Positions 59,825 through 64,000 of a stretch of DNA of 64,000 bases are shown here, in pieces. Origin of the DNA: Macrostomum hystrix (Eukaryota; Animalia; Platyhelminthes); NCBI GenBank assembly GCA_950097015.1, contig CATNEN010000039.1, positions 8,308,001 to 8,372,000 of the forward strand, written 5' to 3'. Position numbers and translations under genes: made by a program. A model generated the notes under the pieces. It made no database searches. It was not told the origin of the DNA and was given only the letters and a program-made list of their open reading frames with translations. Numbering within the stretch: the first letter of the stretch is position 1; every line of letters begins with the position of its first letter.

Positions 59825-62395
59825 TACACCTGGCCAAGCTTGTCACCCCTGGTCATGCTTGTACACCCTGGTCATGCAAGTGTACACCTGGTCATGCTAG
59901 TGTACACCTGGTCATGCAAGTGTACACCTGGTCATGCTAGTGTACACCTGGTCATGCAAGTGTACACCTGGTCATGCTAGTGTACACCTGGTCATGCAAG
60001 TGTACACCTGGTCATGCTAGTGTACACCTGGTCATGCTTGTACACCCCTGGTCATTCTAATGTACACTTGGTCATACTAGTGTACACCTAATCATGCTAA
60101 TGTACAACTGGTCAAGCTTGTTCACACCTTGTAATGGTTGTATACCCCTGGTTATGCTTGTTCACACCTGGTCATGTTAGTGTACACCTGTTCATGCTTG
60201 TACACACCTAGTCATGCTTGTACACACCTAGTCATGCTTGTACACACCTAGTCATGCTTGTACACCTAGTCATGCTTGTACACACCTAGTCATGCTTGTA
60301 CACACCTAGTCATGCTTGTACACACCTAGTCATGCTTGTACACACCTAGTCATGCTAGTAAACACCTGGTTATACTCCCGCACACCTGGATGCTTGTACA
60401 CACCTAGTCATGCTAGTAAACACCTGGTTATACTCCCGCACATCTGGATGCTTGTACACACCTAGTCATGCTAGTAAACACCTGGTTATACTCCTACACG
60501 CCTGGATGCTTGTACACACCTAGTCATGCTAGTAAACACCTGGTTATACTCCCGCACATCTGGATGCTTGTACACACCTAGTCATGCTAGTAAACAACTG
60601 GTTATACTCCTGCACGCCTGGATGCTTGTACACACCTAGTCATGCTAGTAAACTCCTGGTTATACTCCTGCACACCTGGATGCTTGTACACACCTAGTCA
60701 TGCTAGTAAACACCTGGTTATACTCCTGCACACCTGGATGCTTGTACACACCTAGTCATGCTAGTAAACACCTGGTTATACTCCTGCACACCTGGATGCT
60801 TGTACACACCTAGTCATGCTAGTAAACACCTGGTTATACTCCCGCACACCTGGATGCTTGTACACAACTAGTCATGCTAGTAAACACCTGGTTATACTCC
60901 TGCACACCTGGATGCTTGTACACACCTAGTCATGCTAGTAAACACCTGGTTATACTCCTGCACGCCTGGATGCTTGTACACACCTAGTCATGCTAGTAAA
61001 CACCTGGTTATACTCCTGCACGCCTGGATGCTTGTACACACCTAGTCATGCTTGTACACACATAGTCATGCTTGTACACACCTAGTCATGCTAGTAAACA
61101 CCTGGTTATACTCCTGCACACCTGGATGCTTGTACACACCTAGTCATGCTAGTAAACACCTGGTTATACTCCCGCACACCTGGATGCTTGTACACACCTA
61201 GTCATGCTAGTAAACACCTGGTTATACTCCTGCACGCCTGGATGCTTGTACACACCTAGTCATGCTAGTAAACAACTGGTTATACTCCTGCACGCCTGGA
61301 TGCTTGTACACACCTAGTCATGCTAGTAAACACCTGGTTATACTCCCGCACACCTGGATGCTTGTACACACCTAGTCATGCTAGTAAACACCTGGTTATA
61401 CTCCTACACGCCTGGATGCTTGTACACACCTAGTCATGCTTGTAAACACCTGGTTATACTCCCGCACACCTGGATGCTTGTACACACCTAGTCATGCTAG
61501 TAAACACCTGGTTATACTCCTGCACGCCTGGATGCTTGTACACACCTAGTCATGCTAGTAAACACCTGGTTATACTCCTGCACACCTGGATGCTTGTACA
61601 CACCTAGTCATGCTAGTAAACACCTGGTTATACTCCTGCACGCCTGGATGCTTGTACACACCTAGTCATGCTAGTAAACAACTGGTTATACTCCTGCACA
61701 CCTGGATGCTTGTACACACCTAGTCATGCTTGTACACACCTAGTCATGCTAGTAAACACCTGGTTATACTCCCGCACATCTGGATGCTTGTACACACCTA
61801 GTCATGCTAGTAAACACCTGGTTATACTCCCGCACACCTGGATGCTTGTACACACCTAGTCATGCTAGTAAACACCTGGTTATACTCCTACACGCCTGGA
61901 TGCTTGTACACACCTAGTCATGCTTGTAAACACCTGGTTATACTCCCGCACACCTGGATGCTTGTACACACCTAGTCATGCTAGTAAACACCTGGTTATA
62001 CTCCTGCACACCTGGATGCTTGTACACACCTAGTCATGCTAGTAAACACCTGGTTATACTCCTGCACACCTGGATGCTTGTACACACCTAGTCATGCTTG
62101 TAAACACCTGGTTATACTCCCGCACACCTGGATGCTTGTACACACCTAGTCATGCTAGTAAACAACTGGTTATACTCCTGCACATCTGGATGCTTGTACA
62201 CACCTAGTCATGCTAGTAAACACCTGGTTATACTCCTGCACGCCTGGATGCTTGTACACACCTAGTCATGCTTGTACACACCTAGTCATGCTTGTACACA
62301 CCTAGTCATGCTTGTACACACCTAGTCATGCTTGTACACACCTAGTCATGCTAGTGAACACCTGGTTATACTCCTGCACGCCTGGATGCTTGTAT
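59825..62395. repeat. 20-bp-monomer satellite (ACACCTGGTCATGCTAGTGT) with 40-bp and 58-bp higher-order repeats
   Basis: Monomer, dimer and trimer periods are directly visible. Confidence 0.97.
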
Positions 62396-62746
62396 GCTTT
62401 ATGCGATATGGGTATCAAATCTTGCTGCACGCATTATAAGTAAAATAATTGGAAATTAAACTGGAACCGATGCATTTAAAGTCAAACAATTTAATATTTT
62501 TATGATAGACAGGCATCATATTTTCTGCACCATGTAGCTATTTTAATAATTTCAGGAAAATATGAAACAATGAGCTGGCCGCATCATAATGACTCTCTTT
62601 ATCTATTGGGTCTTGGGTCTGCCTACTGCCTGGTGAAAGAACCAAAGAACAGCAAAAAACTTTTTTAGGTGACAGAGACTGTCGTAGCGTTGTTGCGGGT
62701 GATAAACTCTGAAAATCTAACTTGCAATATCCTTCTTTACAAATGT

Positions 62747-62754
62747 AGTAAGCA

Positions 62755-62792
<38 letters not shown>

Positions 62793-62853
62793 CGAGTAAG
62801 TAAGTAAGCAAGCAAGTAAGTAAGTAAGTAAGTAGGTAAGTAAGTAAGTAAGC

Positions 62854-62888
<35 letters not shown>

Positions 62889-62997
62889 CAAGTAAGTAAG
62901 TAAGTAAGTAAGCAAGTAAGCAAGCAAGTAAGTAAGTAAGTAAGTAAGTAAGCAAGTAAGCAAGCAAGTAAGTAAGTAAGTGAGTAAGTAAGTAAGC

Positions 62998-63076
<79 letters not shown>

Positions 63077-63077
63077 C
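62747..63077. repeat. (TAAG)n microsatellite
   Basis: Tetranucleotide repeat with CAAG variants. Confidence 0.98.
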
Positions 63078-64000
63078 GAGTATGTAAGTGTCTTAGGTAG
63101 ATACAAGGCTTGTTTATTGCTTGGAAGTTCACGGGGGTATATTAATTTAACTGAATTTCAACTCACAGCGTACCATAATGCATGCCTGCAGCGAAGCAAA
63201 ACTGAATTCTTATTTTAAGAACCTCTGTCGCGCTGTTGAATCGGTCTATGTTGATGCGTGATACAAAACTACATTCAGCCTACTTACATCAGTAGACAAG
63301 AAGCATATAATGGCTTGTTATTGTTAGTTATTTATAATATTGATCTTAAATTAAAATTTAAGATTTAATTTTTTTAATTTCATTAGTTCATTTTTTTGTT
63401 TTAACGGCTTTGCTTGCAATCTTCAAATATTTTATTCACCTAAAATTAATCTTATGCATGCTACTGTTTTTCTATCGCCGTTTTTATCAAATCGTTCAGC
63501 CTTGTTACCAACATCAAATAAACAAAAAATCAGCGCCCAATGGGCGTGCTCACTTCAATAAATAAATTAATAAATAAAATAATAGTAATAATCTTGCTCC
63601 AACTACTCCAACAAGTTATTGGCCATCATTGGGCATGTCAGGAAGCCTGAATTCGTTGTCTATTTTTTAATTAGCTTCAATTTTGGCACCAATCGTTGTG
63701 TACAATCGTTAGCATCGCAAACAATGTCACGTATCTCAGCAACCAGTGAGCACAATAGCTTGATCCGGAAACATTAGACCTTCGCTCAACTTACACACCT
63801 AAATTGATGCCTAACTATCATATACAATTGTCAATTTTGATGTTTGCAGTTCACAAACTTAGAACCCGAGGGTGAAATGTGTTTGCGAAGAGCGAAAGCT
63901 GCCTACAATGTCCCAGCCTGCGATGTCTGCGCAAATATAACCAGATGGTCACCGGGAAACTTGCTAGCGAAATTCGGCAACAGCTGCAACTGCATCATCC

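Noticed and set aside
62538-63132. LTYL-repeat ORFs
   Set aside because: Translation of the (TAAG)n microsatellite.

Overview
This is eukaryotic (metazoan) genomic DNA with short GT-AG introns, CAG/poly-Q tracts and many minisatellites. The style suggests a free-living flatworm such as Macrostomum, but that is inference only. Three host genes are supported. (1) A minus-strand p130Cas/BCAR1-family adaptor (SH3 to C-terminal FAT-like domain, stop at 4059) with two candidate alternative first exons (9706 and 16867/16849). (2) A plus-strand three-repeat beta-thymosin (13672-14028), which would sit antisense inside the Cas intron if the distal exon is used. (3) A ~38-kb minus-strand polycystin-1/REJ-family gene (57812 to 19776). 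Its ectodomain appears to be a long chain of F5/8C-discoidin, C-type lectin, F-type lectin, kringle-like, PAN-like, fibrinogen-like and EGF-like modules ahead of PKD-REJ-GPS-PLAT-channel. It has a degenerate GPS cleavage site and an RFX X-box consensus match in its promoter. Mobile DNA comprises a Tc1/IS630-type element with 311-bp TIRs and DD32E spacing, a truncated RTE LINE and a truncated RNase H-bearing LINE (both with TSDs), two tRNA-derived SINE families, MITEs including a 66-bp one, and about a dozen tandem arrays. Two of those arrays are inverted relatives forming a foldback-like structure upstream of the polycystin gene. Exon boundaries were read by eye, and many internal polycystin exons are only approximately placed.
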